Source: Casimicrobiaceae bacterium (lineage in GTDB: Bacteria > Pseudomonadota > Gammaproteobacteria > Burkholderiales > Casimicrobiaceae). Taken from it: DNA of 64,000 bases. Of this stretch, positions 17,588 through 25,734 are shown piece by piece (positions within the stretch are counted from its first letter, which is position 1; the number at the start of each line of letters is the position of its first letter). A program made the translations under genes and the position numbers. The notes under the pieces are model-generated. The model saw only the letters and a program-made list of their open reading frames with translations. It was not told the origin of the DNA and ran no database searches. Where the stretch lies: the NCBI GenBank assembly GCA_035470905.1, contig DATIQL010000159.1:693-64692 (forward strand). Reading direction: 5' to 3'.

Positions 17588-18121
17588 GTGAGAGCGCTTC
17601 GGACGCCGCTCTGTGATCTCGAGCCGCAGGTCGCCGCGCACGCACATGAGATGTTCGTCGTTCTCGGTGACCCGGCCATCTACGAGTTCGAGAACGCTCC
17701 ACCTGAATCGGAAGCTTGGCTGGCGGAGCGCTACGCCCGGTTGGAGTCTCGTTGCTCGGTGGACGGAACGGAACGCTGGTTGAACTGGGTTGTTCGTCTG
17801 CGCACGGGCGAACTCTGTGGCTACGTCCAGGCGACGGTCCTGCCGTCTGGCGAAGCCTATGTTGCATACGAGCTCGCGAGCCGCCACTGGCGGCGGGGCC
17901 TCGGTAGCTGCGCCGTACGGGCGGTGCTGGCCGAACTCGCCTCCGGCTACGCCGTGCACACCTATCTCGCCGTGCTCAAGACCTGCAACTTTCGCTCGCT
18001 TGCGATGCTTCGGCATCTCGGCTTCACCGAGGCCCCCGAGGCTCGGGTTGGCGCATCCAGCATCGAGCCTGACGAGCTTCTCATGCACCTGCGCGCGCCA
18101 GGCAGTCGGAACGTGGCCTGA
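17588..18121 (+). CDS. GNAT family N-acetyltransferase
   Basis: GTG start. YELASRHWRRGLGSCAV...NFRSLAMLRHLGF. Confidence 0.75.
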   Translation: MRALRTPLCDLEPQVAAHAHEMFVVLGDPAIYEFENAPPESEAWLAERYARLESRCSVDGTERWLNWVVRLRTGELCGYVQATVLPSGEAYVAYELASRHWRRGLGSCAVRAVLAELASGYAVHTYLAVLKTCNFRSLAMLRHLGFTEAPEARVGASSIEPDELLMHLRAPGSRNVA

Positions 18122-18298
18122 CCCCTCGGTCCGGGCTCTGCCCGACGCCTTGGCGGCGTTCGCTACGCACCATGCGCTCCGCCCCGAACTCATGGCAAGA
18201 TTCACATCCAGTCCTCGGAATCCTCCGTGCGCCGGGCCGCAGGCGGCCGCCCCGGGCTTTCGGTCAACCGGACGCGCCGGCTGCCTCCGGCATCAGGC
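18116..18298 (+). repeat. attC recombination site (183 bp)
   Basis: GCCTGACCCCTCGGTCCGGGC 5' arm (contains the stop) ... CCTCCGGCATCAGGC 3' end. Confidence 0.6.
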
Positions 18299-18347
18299 GT
18301 CACCACACGTGGACCTCGACCAACCAGCATCGAAAGGCTGAACCGTC

Positions 18348-18794
18348 ATGCCCACCAACACCGTCCGACTCCACCGCGTGTTTCGAGCGCCCCCGGAAAG
18401 GGTCTATCGCGCGTTCCTCGACGCTGACGCAATGGCCAAGTGGCTTCCGCCGAACGGCTTCACCGGAAAGGTCCATCACCTGGACACCAGGGTCGGCGGC
18501 ACCTACAGGATGTCGTTCACGAACTTCACTACCGGCAACAGCCACTCCTTCGGCGGCGAGTACCTAGAATTGGTGCCGCACGAGCGCATCCGTCACACGG
18601 ACAGGTTCGACGACCCCAACCTGCCCGGAACGCTGCAGGTCACCGTGTCCTTCGCGAAGGTGTCCTGCGGGACCGAGCTGAGCGTAGTGCAGGAAGGGAT
18701 ACCCGACGTCATTCCCGTCGAAGCGTGCTATCTCGGCTGGCAAGAGTCGCTCGCACTGCTCGCCAAGCTGGTGGAGGCCGAAATTCCGGGTTGA
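18348..18794 (+). CDS. SRPBCC (AHSA1/Aha1-like) domain protein
   Basis: RVFRAPPERVYRAFLDADAMAKWLPP...GWQESL. Confidence 0.85.
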   Translation: MPTNTVRLHRVFRAPPERVYRAFLDADAMAKWLPPNGFTGKVHHLDTRVGGTYRMSFTNFTTGNSHSFGGEYLELVPHERIRHTDRFDDPNLPGTLQVTVSFAKVSCGTELSVVQEGIPDVIPVEACYLGWQESLALLAKLVEAEIPG

Positions 18795-18915
18795 CAGGCG
18801 CCACCCGACCCGTCGCTCGAGCCGACCCGCAGCGCCAGGACCGCTCCACGGCCGGACGGTCGTTGTCCGCTCCGATGCCCATGTCCTTGCGGGCGGCCCA
18901 GTTCCAGCGTTGGAT
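18789..18915 (+). repeat. attC recombination site (127 bp)
   Basis: GGTTGAC (contains the stop) ... CCCAGTTCCAGCGTTGGAT. GTTGGAT is a perfect GTTRRRY. Confidence 0.7.
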
Positions 18916-18939
18916 TCCCGGGAATACACTTCTCCATCC

Positions 18940-19449
18940 ATGAGCTCGACTACCCTCCTCCTCTCGCTGTTCAGATACAAGGCCTGGGCCAACGAGGCGT
19001 TGTTCGCCGAACTGGAGAAGCTCGATCCGGACGCCCACAAGTCCGAGCGCCACACTGTCATTCGCCTGCTCAACCATATCCACGTCGTCGATCGAATTTT
19101 TGCCGCCCATCTGGGAGGCACCGCGCATTCCTACGCGGCGACCAACACGCCGGAGACGCCGGGCCTCCAGGAGCTGCGGGGCGCGGTGGCGGAGACGGAC
19201 CGTTGGTACGTGCAGTACATCGAGAGATTGGCTCCCGCGCACCTGCACGAGACGGTCTCGTTCACGTTCACCGACGGGGCCAACGGCCGCATGTCGCGCG
19301 AGGAGATGCTGGCCCACGTCGCAACGCACGGCAGCTATCACCGGGGCGCGGTGGGACGCATAATGGCTCAGCTGTCGGTGGCGCCTCCGCGCGACATATT
19401 CACTGCCTATCTGCACCAGGCGGAGCCGGAGCGCCGTGAGCGAAACTAG
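18940..19449 (+). CDS. DinB family protein
   Basis: LFRYKAWANEALF...LNHIHVVDRIF...HGSYHRG. Confidence 0.8.
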   Translation: MSSTTLLLSLFRYKAWANEALFAELEKLDPDAHKSERHTVIRLLNHIHVVDRIFAAHLGGTAHSYAATNTPETPGLQELRGAVAETDRWYVQYIERLAPAHLHETVSFTFTDGANGRMSREEMLAHVATHGSYHRGAVGRIMAQLSVAPPRDIFTAYLHQAEPERRERN

Positions 19450-19512
19450 CCTCTCCACCGACAGGACCTTGCCCGGCAGGCCGGGTCGAGACTGTCATGT
19501 CCAACGTTGGGT
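19444..19512 (+). repeat. attC recombination site (60-69 bp)
   Basis: CTCCACCGACAGG...GTCATGTCCAACGTTGGGT. GTTGGGT (19506-19512) is a perfect GTTRRRY. Confidence 0.6.
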
Positions 19513-19582
19513 GTCACAGGAGGCATGGCGTCAGGAGAAGCACCGGTCATATCATCTTTCGTAGAGCTCGAGGAGATCAACC

Positions 19583-19894
19583 ATGATGGTCGCCCGTTGG
19601 AGCATCGATGCGAAGTTCGGATACAAGCAGGATGTGATCGACCTGATGCAGCGTTGGTTACGGGACATTGCGCCGCAGGTCGGAATCAGTGCGGACAAGA
19701 CGCGGTTGCTTACCGGCTCGATCGGCGCGCTGGAGGCAACCATCCAGTCGGAACATCTCGTCAAGGACCTCAGCGAGCTCGACCAGGTTTGGGCGAAACT
19801 GGCCACGATTCCAGCGCACAAGCAATGGAGCAAGGATCTCGAGCCCCATGTGGTTTCCGGAACAAGCCGCTGGGAGATCTTCCGCGTCGTGTGA
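19583..19894 (+). CDS. hypothetical protein
   Basis: 103-aa ORF just after attC 19444-19512. Lower GC than its neighbours. No family recognised. Confidence 0.5.
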   Translation: MMVARWSIDAKFGYKQDVIDLMQRWLRDIAPQVGISADKTRLLTGSIGALEATIQSEHLVKDLSELDQVWAKLATIPAHKQWSKDLEPHVVSGTSRWEIFRVV

Positions 19895-19927
19895 CTGCGA
19901 GGTGAACATTTGCCTGCTGGGACGACC

Positions 19928-20020
19928 GTAGCCCGCATCCGCGGCTTTCGCCGCTGGATGTGGGACTCCGGGTCCGTGGGGAGCATCGGCTTCCGGCCAG
20001 AAAGGAGCATCTCGTCGTGA
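19928..20020 (+). pseudogene. GNAT fragment, paralogue of the gene at 154-708
   Basis: IRGFRRWMWDSGSVGSIGFRPE aligns with PGFRRWLWDGEFCGSIGFRWQE of ORF 154-708. Only about 30 codons remain. Confidence 0.55.
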
Positions 20021-20484
20021 AATCACCCGAAGACGCAAAGCCGGAGAGCTGGCACCGCTTCTTTGGATCAACCGCGAACAACGCAGCTTGGGGCCTGGCG
20101 GAGCTGCCGGCCGACCGGGTCAGTCGAGGGGATCTGCTCGACGCTGCTCATGCCGCCGCATGGCACTGGCAGCAGATCGGCACCGAGCTCAATCGCATGC
20201 GTGCGGCCATGCTTCTCGCCGAGGCACACGCAAAGGCCGGCCTTGGAACCACCGCCCTGGCCTATGCGGAAGAAATGCGCTCTTATTTCCTCGCAACGCC
20301 CGGCACGCCTGACTGGGAGGTTGCTTTCACGCACGTCGTGCACGCCCACGCGGCGAGTGCGGCTGGTGCACGGGACCTGCACGCTCGCTCCTACGCGCAA
20401 GCGGTTCGAGCGGTCGCAGCCATCGCCGACGAGGGGGACCGGAGCGTGGTCCGGCGCGTCTTCCGGCACGTACCTTCCCCGTGA
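20017..20484 (+). CDS. hypothetical protein
   Basis: GTG start 9 nt after AAAGGAG. 155 aa, helical and Ala-rich. No family recognised. Confidence 0.45.
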   Translation: MKSPEDAKPESWHRFFGSTANNAAWGLAELPADRVSRGDLLDAAHAAAWHWQQIGTELNRMRAAMLLAEAHAKAGLGTTALAYAEEMRSYFLATPGTPDWEVAFTHVVHAHAASAAGARDLHARSYAQAVRAVAAIADEGDRSVVRRVFRHVPSP

Positions 20485-20522
20485 GGCAGGCGCCGTGGCA
20501 TGACGGGACGCAGGCCGCAGCC

Positions 20523-21107
20523 ATGACGCTCGTAGTCCACCCTCTCACGCCAGGTCGCTGGGACGATCTCGAGACGCTCTTCAATGCGAAAGGGTGCTCC
20601 GTCGCACGCGGCTGCTGGTGCATGTACTACCGCATCAGCGGCAAGGGCGCTTACACGCGTCCAGGCGACGACCAGCGCTCTCGCAGCAAGGAGGCGCTCA
20701 AGGCTCTCGCCGCGCACGACCCTCCGCCGGGCCTGCTTGGCTATCGAGGCAGGATCCCCGTCGGTTGGATTTCCCTGGGGCCCAGGGAAGACTACGCGAA
20801 GCTCGCGAAGTCGCCGACCATGAAACCGGTCGATGCCCGGCACGTCTGGTCCATAGTCTGCTTCGTCGTACCGTCGGAGTACCGCAAGCAGGGCGTCGCG
20901 AGGGAGCTCCTCGCCGGCGCGGTCGATTACGCCAAAAAGCGCGGCGTTCGACTGCTGGAAGCGTACCCGGTCGACAAACGCCAACCTTCCGCCCCGGAAG
21001 CACCATGGTTCGGCTCCAAGACCATGTTCGACGAGGCGGGCTTCACGGAGGTTGCCCGACGCAAGGCTGCCCGACCGGTTGTCCGCCTGAAGTTGATCCC
21101 CGGCTAG
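20523..21107 (+). CDS. GNAT family N-acetyltransferase
   Basis: CWCMYYR...FVVPSEYRKQGVARELLAGAVDYAKKRG...EAYP. Confidence 0.8.
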   Translation: MTLVVHPLTPGRWDDLETLFNAKGCSVARGCWCMYYRISGKGAYTRPGDDQRSRSKEALKALAAHDPPPGLLGYRGRIPVGWISLGPREDYAKLAKSPTMKPVDARHVWSIVCFVVPSEYRKQGVARELLAGAVDYAKKRGVRLLEAYPVDKRQPSAPEAPWFGSKTMFDEAGFTEVARRKAARPVVRLKLIPG

Positions 21108-21123
21108 CGCGCAGGCCCCCGGC

Positions 21124-21615
21124 ATGCTGCCTCGCGTCTCGAGCAACGCAACGCTGCGCCCCGCCACGCGGGCAGATGCGTCGCGGGTCGCGGGCCTCCT
21201 GATCGACACGCGGGCCGCGTTCATGCCCTACGCGGCTTCCGCGCATCCCGACGAAGCGCTTCGCGCGTGGGTTGCCAGCCACCTGGTCCCGTCAGGCGGC
21301 GTCACGGTCGCCGAGGTGCAAGGCAAGGTCGTCGGCGCCATGGCTACCGAGCGAGACGGTGCTGCCTCCTGGGTGACCCAAATGGCCGTCGATCCCGCTC
21401 TCGTTGGCCAAGGCATCGGCTCCTTGCTCCTCGCCCATGCGATGCGCACATTGGCGCTGCCCGTCCGCCTGTACACCTTCCAAGCCAATTTCGGCGCACG
21501 GCGGTTCTATGAAAGGCATGGGTTCGCCGCAATCGAGTTCACCGATGGCCAATCCAATGAAGAGAAATGCCCCGACGTCCTGTACGAGCTCCGCACTCCG
21601 GGAGATCGGGGCTGA
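21124..21615 (+). CDS. GNAT family N-acetyltransferase
   Basis: QMAVDPALVGQGIGSLLL...NFGARRFYERHGF. Confidence 0.8.
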   Translation: MLPRVSSNATLRPATRADASRVAGLLIDTRAAFMPYAASAHPDEALRAWVASHLVPSGGVTVAEVQGKVVGAMATERDGAASWVTQMAVDPALVGQGIGSLLLAHAMRTLALPVRLYTFQANFGARRFYERHGFAAIEFTDGQSNEEKCPDVLYELRTPGDRG

Positions 21616-21671
21616 GCCTTCCACCGAGGGCCCGCCGATCGGCAATTCACTTCGGCCGTCGCGAATCCGCC
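21610..21671 (+). repeat. possible attC
   Basis: GGCTGAG (contains the stop) then CCTTCCACCGAGGGC. Contains the palindrome GCCGATCGGC and ends CGCGAATCCGCC. No good GTTRRRY core. Confidence 0.35.
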
Positions 21672-21679
21672 GTGAATCG

Positions 21680-23149
21680 GTGAGGAGGCGCTGTCGCCTG
21701 GCAGCGTGGTCGGCCGGTCTGGCCCTGGTCAGCGCGATGTCCCTCGCCCCCACGCCTGCTGTCGCCACCGATTTCGGTGCGCAATACGCCGGGAGTGCTC
21801 CGATCTATCTGTTCCGGGATGGCACCGGCAACGCGTATGCGTTGCAGCTTCCCGGGCCCGGCGACTCGACGCTGGGCAAGCACTACGTGACGTCGGGCGA
21901 GTTCTCGGCGTTGGGGGCGCTCGGAGCAACGATTGCGTACCTGCCCGAGCATCCCGACGCCGCGATCGGCCCCTGCACATCCGCCGACTTCCCGCGCGCT
22001 TTCAACATCGCTTTGATCGACGGGATCGTGTTCGGCAACGTCGCGAAGTGCGATCCGGGCGGCCGGCCTTCGTGGGCATCCAGCCAGACGGTCGAGTTCG
22101 TGCTGTTCACTTTCGGCTACCGGGCCCAGGCGGCGCACACGGTCGTGATCCCCTGGTTCAAGAACGCGCTGCACGGGCATGGAATCTATTTCGGGGACAC
22201 CAGCGCGGTTCCTTGCGCCGACGGCCGGGACTCCAAGTTCAACACCAGGATCGAAGGCTGGTCGCAATGGTCCGGATTCGGGTTGCCGACCAATCCCTAC
22301 TGGACGAGCACCGGGCCGCTCGAGACCGCAACCTGCGGGACCCCCATGACGGACGGCTGGTCACCGAGCTCGGGAATCGTGACCACCGCCTACAAGGTGC
22401 GCGTCCGCGCGACCGCGGACCAATGGGTGCGCTATGAAGTGCGACGATGGGACGGTTCTGCATGGGTCGTGCATACCGCCCCATTCGTCCGGGACATGCG
22501 CTACACGGACTGGCCCGACGGGCCGGGCAGCTTCGACCCCGCCGCCAACGGGCTCATGATCGGCTCCACCGGACCGCTGGGCCCGGCCTCGGGGTCGCGG
22601 TGGATGATTGGAATTCGGGAACTGTCGACGGCGTGGGCAGGCGGATGGGAAAGCGCAGCGAAATCAAGCGCCGTGGAGTTCTACAATGCAGCCCTCGACC
22701 ATTACTTCATGACCGCGGATTCCAGCGAGATCGGCGATCTCGACCACGGCGTACATGCCGGGTGGACGCGCACCGGTTACACTTTCGCCGTAGGCACGCA
22801 GGACCACCCCTACGCGGACCCGGTTTGCAGGTTCTATGGCTTGCCGAGCGCAGGCCTGGACTCCCACTTCTACTCCGCCAATTCAGGGGAATGCGAAGAA
22901 GTGAAAGCTCGATTCGGCAATGCATGGGCACTCGAATCGGCGGACGTGTTCGCAGTGGCGTTGCCGGACACGGTTACCGGAGAGTGTCCTCCGCACACCG
23001 AACCCGTGTACCGGCTCTGGAACACCCGAAAGGACAGCAACCATCGATACGTGACCGATCTGTCGGTGCGGGAGAGCATGCTGCAACGGGGGTTCGTCGC
23101 GGAAGGTTACGGAGTGCATGGTGTCGCGATGTGCTCGCCGCTGCAATAG
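21680..23149 (+). CDS. secreted protein: unknown N-terminal domain plus DUF5648-like C-terminal domain
   Basis: GTG start with a signal peptide (RLAAWSAGLALVSAMSLAPTPAVA/TD). The C-terminal roughly 150 aa (VEFYNAALDHYFMTAD...CRFYG...DSHFYS...EC...PVYRLWN...DSNHRY) matches the repeat domain I recall as DUF5648. Confidence 0.65.
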   Translation: MRRRCRLAAWSAGLALVSAMSLAPTPAVATDFGAQYAGSAPIYLFRDGTGNAYALQLPGPGDSTLGKHYVTSGEFSALGALGATIAYLPEHPDAAIGPCTSADFPRAFNIALIDGIVFGNVAKCDPGGRPSWASSQTVEFVLFTFGYRAQAAHTVVIPWFKNALHGHGIYFGDTSAVPCADGRDSKFNTRIEGWSQWSGFGLPTNPYWTSTGPLETATCGTPMTDGWSPSSGIVTTAYKVRVRATADQWVRYEVRRWDGSAWVVHTAPFVRDMRYTDWPDGPGSFDPAANGLMIGSTGPLGPASGSRWMIGIRELSTAWAGGWESAAKSSAVEFYNAALDHYFMTADSSEIGDLDHGVHAGWTRTGYTFAVGTQDHPYADPVCRFYGLPSAGLDSHFYSANSGECEEVKARFGNAWALESADVFAVALPDTVTGECPPHTEPVYRLWNTRKDSNHRYVTDLSVRESMLQRGFVAEGYGVHGVAMCSPLQ

Positions 23150-23397
23150 AGCACGCGAACGACCTTGATCCGCACCGTGACGACAGCAGGGATCGGGATC
23201 CATCCGCTCGCGCCCGTTCGAAGGGGCGCCTTCCTCGCGTTGTTCGACGGCGAGGCATTGGCTGCCTCACGGAGGCTGGACATCCCGGCTGCCAGGCTGT
23301 CTACTGCGCCACGTCCCCCTCGGCGTCCCTTTGGGTCGGCGACGTCCTGGCGGTTCACGGCAAATGCCACTGCCGCACCGATCACCAGGACCGTCGC

Positions 23398-23454
23398 CGC
23401 CAACGGGCTCCGCCAGGACGATTCGAACCTCCCTCCATCGATCCAACATCGGGT
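23398..23454 (+). repeat. possible attC (57 bp)
   Basis: CGCCAAC...CCATCGATCCAACATCGGGT, resembling CATGTCCAACGTTGGGT at 19496-19512. It lies 15 nt before the TMEM175 start. Confidence 0.4.
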
Positions 23455-23469
23455 TTGACGACGGCGGCA

Positions 23470-24054
23470 ATGGGCAAGGGTCGACTCGAAGCATTCAGCG
23501 ATGGCGTGCTGGCCATCATCATCACCATCATGGTGCTGGAGCTGAAGGTTCCCCATGGCGCCGATTTCGCCGCATTGACTCCGTTGATGCCGAACTTTCT
23601 GAGCTATGTCCTGAGCTTCATCTACGTCGGCATCTACTGGAACAATCACCATCACCTGCTGCACGCCGCTCAGCGAGTGTCCGGCGGGATTCTCTGGGCC
23701 AATCTGAATCTGCTCTTCTGGCTGTCGCTGTTCCCGTTCGCCACGGGCTGGATGGGCGAGAACCACTTTGCACCGCTGCCCTCGGCAGCGTACGGGTTCG
23801 TGCTTCTGATGGCGGCACTTGCGTACCTCGTGCTGCAGCAGTGCATCATCGCCGCCGAAGGCTCGAGTTCCGTCCTGAAGCGCGCCGTCGGAACCGATTG
23901 GAAGGGAAAGCTGTCCCCGGTCCTCTATGTCGCGGCCATCGGCGCGTCGTTCTGGGCGCACTGGATTGCACAGATCATCTACGTTTCGGTAGCCCTGCTG
24001 TGGCTTGTGCCGGATCGACGAATCGAACGGGCCATCAGCGCAACCGGAGGCTGA
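23470..24054 (+). CDS. TMEM175 family potassium channel (DUF1211)
   Basis: RLEAFSDGVLAIIITIMVLEL signature helix 1. Six TM segments. Confidence 0.85.
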   Translation: MGKGRLEAFSDGVLAIIITIMVLELKVPHGADFAALTPLMPNFLSYVLSFIYVGIYWNNHHHLLHAAQRVSGGILWANLNLLFWLSLFPFATGWMGENHFAPLPSAAYGFVLLMAALAYLVLQQCIIAAEGSSSVLKRAVGTDWKGKLSPVLYVAAIGASFWAHWIAQIIYVSVALLWLVPDRRIERAISATGG

Positions 24055-24099
24055 CATCCCGTGCCACGCGAACGCTTCGGGCAGCACGCGAAATCCGCC
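24049..24099 (+). repeat. possible attC (51 bp)
   Basis: GGCTGAC (contains the stop) ... CGCGAAATCCGCC, the same 3' end as site 21610-21671. Confidence 0.35.
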
Positions 24100-24124
24100 C
24101 CGCGCCCCCGGCGAACCCCTCCGC

Positions 24125-24389
24125 CCTGCTTCAATCGATCGAGCGAGTCGCGCATGGCTTGGAGATCGTTCAATCGCCCTGCTCGAATGTCCTCGGCCGC
24201 CCGCTCGCAGCCCTGGCGCACCTGCTGTCCGTCCTGTCGAAGCAGCCGGAGTCCGAACGCCTGGAGGGGGGCGACATCGTGACCACGGGGACGATCACCG
24301 CCGCCTATCCGATCCGCAGCGGCGAAGCATGGAAGACGGAGCTTCGGGGCATCGCGTTACCCGGCCCGACCGTCACGTTTACCGATTGA
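24125..24389 (+). pseudogene. 2-keto-4-pentenoate hydratase/FAH-family, C-terminal fragment
   Basis: ...PLAALAHLLSVLSKQPESERLEGGDIVTTGTITAAYPIRSGEAW...GI. There is no N-terminal part and no start codon. Confidence 0.5.
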
Positions 24390-24447
24390 ATCGGTCCTTG
24401 ATGGCACTCGCCGTGGCCATGATCCCTTGCCGCCGCTGACCGAAGCG

Positions 24448-25734
24448 ATGCTCTACGACCCTGCAAGGCACGAGCCGCTCCGCCCGGTCCCATGGGACGA
24501 GAGCCGGGTCCGGGCAGCCGTCGAGCGCATCGTCGTGGACACCGAGTCGCGTTTTTCCGAAGACGGGTATTGGCCCGCGCACCCCCTCGACCGAGGAGGC
24601 GGGGACGACGTCCACCCTGTCGAGACGCCCCTCTACCACGGCGCCTGCGGCGTCATCTGGGCCCTGCACTACCTCCAAGACATCGGGGCCGCCAGCTTGT
24701 CGCGAAGCTACGCCGCCGAATTCGAACGACTCCTGGCGCGCAACCGCACCTGGCTCGGCGAATCTGCGGAGCGAGAGCGCGCGTCATTCCTGATGGGTGA
24801 CACGCCCATTCGGATGATGGCCTACGGCAGCGAGCCGACCGAGTCCCTCGAAAGCACTCTCGATGCCCTGATCGCCGGCAACGTCGACCACCCTGCCCGC
24901 GAGCTCATGTGGGGCTCTCCGGGGACCCTGCTCGCCGCGCTGTTCCTGCACGAGCGGACGGGAAAGGAGCGTTGGTCGGCCCTGTTTCGGCTGACCGCCG
25001 CCAGGCTCTGGACCCAGCTCGAGTGGTCGCCTCAACATCGATGCTCGCATTGGGCGCAGGACCTGTATGGCCGGCGGTCGACCTATCTCGGCGCAGTGCA
25101 TGGATTCGTCGCCACGGCCTTGCCGCTGATCCGGGGCCGGCACCTCCTGAGTGCCGAGGAGTGGAATGCGTGGGAGGGTTGCATCGTCACCACCGTGCAG
25201 CGCACGGCCGATCGTGACCGTGCGCATGCGAACTGGCGCCCGGAGCTCGACGGCGCGAGCGAAGCGCAGAAGAAGCTCCTCCAGTTCTGCCACGGCGCAC
25301 CCGGATTCGTCATCTGCCTCGCCGGTCTGCCGGGCACCGCGCTCGACGACTTGCTGCTTGCCGCGGGCGAGACCATCTGGTCGGCCGGACCCCTGACCAA
25401 AGGCGCCAATCTGTGTCACGGCACCGCAGGCAACGGATATGCGTTTCTGAAGCTGTATCAGCGAACCCAAGATTCCGTGTGGCTGGAGCGCGCGCGCTCC
25501 TTCGCGATGCACGGCATCGCTCAATCGCAGGAGGATGCCTTGCGCCATGGGCAATTGCGGTACTCGCTGTGGACCGGCGATCCCGGTTTCGCGATCTATC
25601 TCTGCGACTGCCTGCGCGCCGAAGCCCGGTTCCCGACGCTGGATGTCTTCCATGCCTTCCCCGTCCCCATCGAGGCCCAGCCTCCTGAACTGCCCTCTCC
25701 TCTCCCCGGAGGTCACCATGCAGGATCCTGTTGA
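24448..25734 (+). CDS. LanC-like (lanthionine synthetase C-like) protein
   Basis: LYHGACG, WGSPG, FCHGAPGF and CHGTAGNGYAF zinc-ligand/repeat motifs. An alternative TTG start is at 24427. Confidence 0.8.
   Translation: MLYDPARHEPLRPVPWDESRVRAAVERIVVDTESRFSEDGYWPAHPLDRGGGDDVHPVETPLYHGACGVIWALHYLQDIGAASLSRSYAAEFERLLARNRTWLGESAERERASFLMGDTPIRMMAYGSEPTESLESTLDALIAGNVDHPARELMWGSPGTLLAALFLHERTGKERWSALFRLTAARLWTQLEWSPQHRCSHWAQDLYGRRSTYLGAVHGFVATALPLIRGRHLLSAEEWNAWEGCIVTTVQRTADRDRAHANWRPELDGASEAQKKLLQFCHGAPGFVICLAGLPGTALDDLLLAAGETIWSAGPLTKGANLCHGTAGNGYAFLKLYQRTQDSVWLERARSFAMHGIAQSQEDALRHGQLRYSLWTGDPGFAIYLCDCLRAEARFPTLDVFHAFPVPIEAQPPELPSPLPGGHHAGSC

Larger units (their letters stand above)
1..21671 (+). 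mobile_element. integron gene-cassette array (attC-punctuated; no intI/attI in window; array runs off the left edge)
   Basis: About 15 well-supported and about 8 weaker attC-like sites (RYYYAAC...imperfect palindrome...GTTRRRY) lie directly after stop codons and 10-60 nt before the next start. The genes are short, promoterless-looking and nearly all on the + strand. The first site is at nt 24-137. Confidence 0.75.

Noticed and set aside
24-21671. Could the regularly recurring repeats be a CRISPR array?
   Set aside because: The repeats are 46-200 bp imperfect palindromes with variable sequence. They are spaced 0.1-2.5 kb apart, and each interval contains protein-coding genes. No cas genes are present. 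The RYYYAAC/GTTRRRY cores fit attC, not CRISPR.
23107-24087. 326-aa minus-strand ORF
   Set aside because: It lies antisense to the TMEM175-family channel gene, whose signature helix (RLEAFSDGV) is clear.
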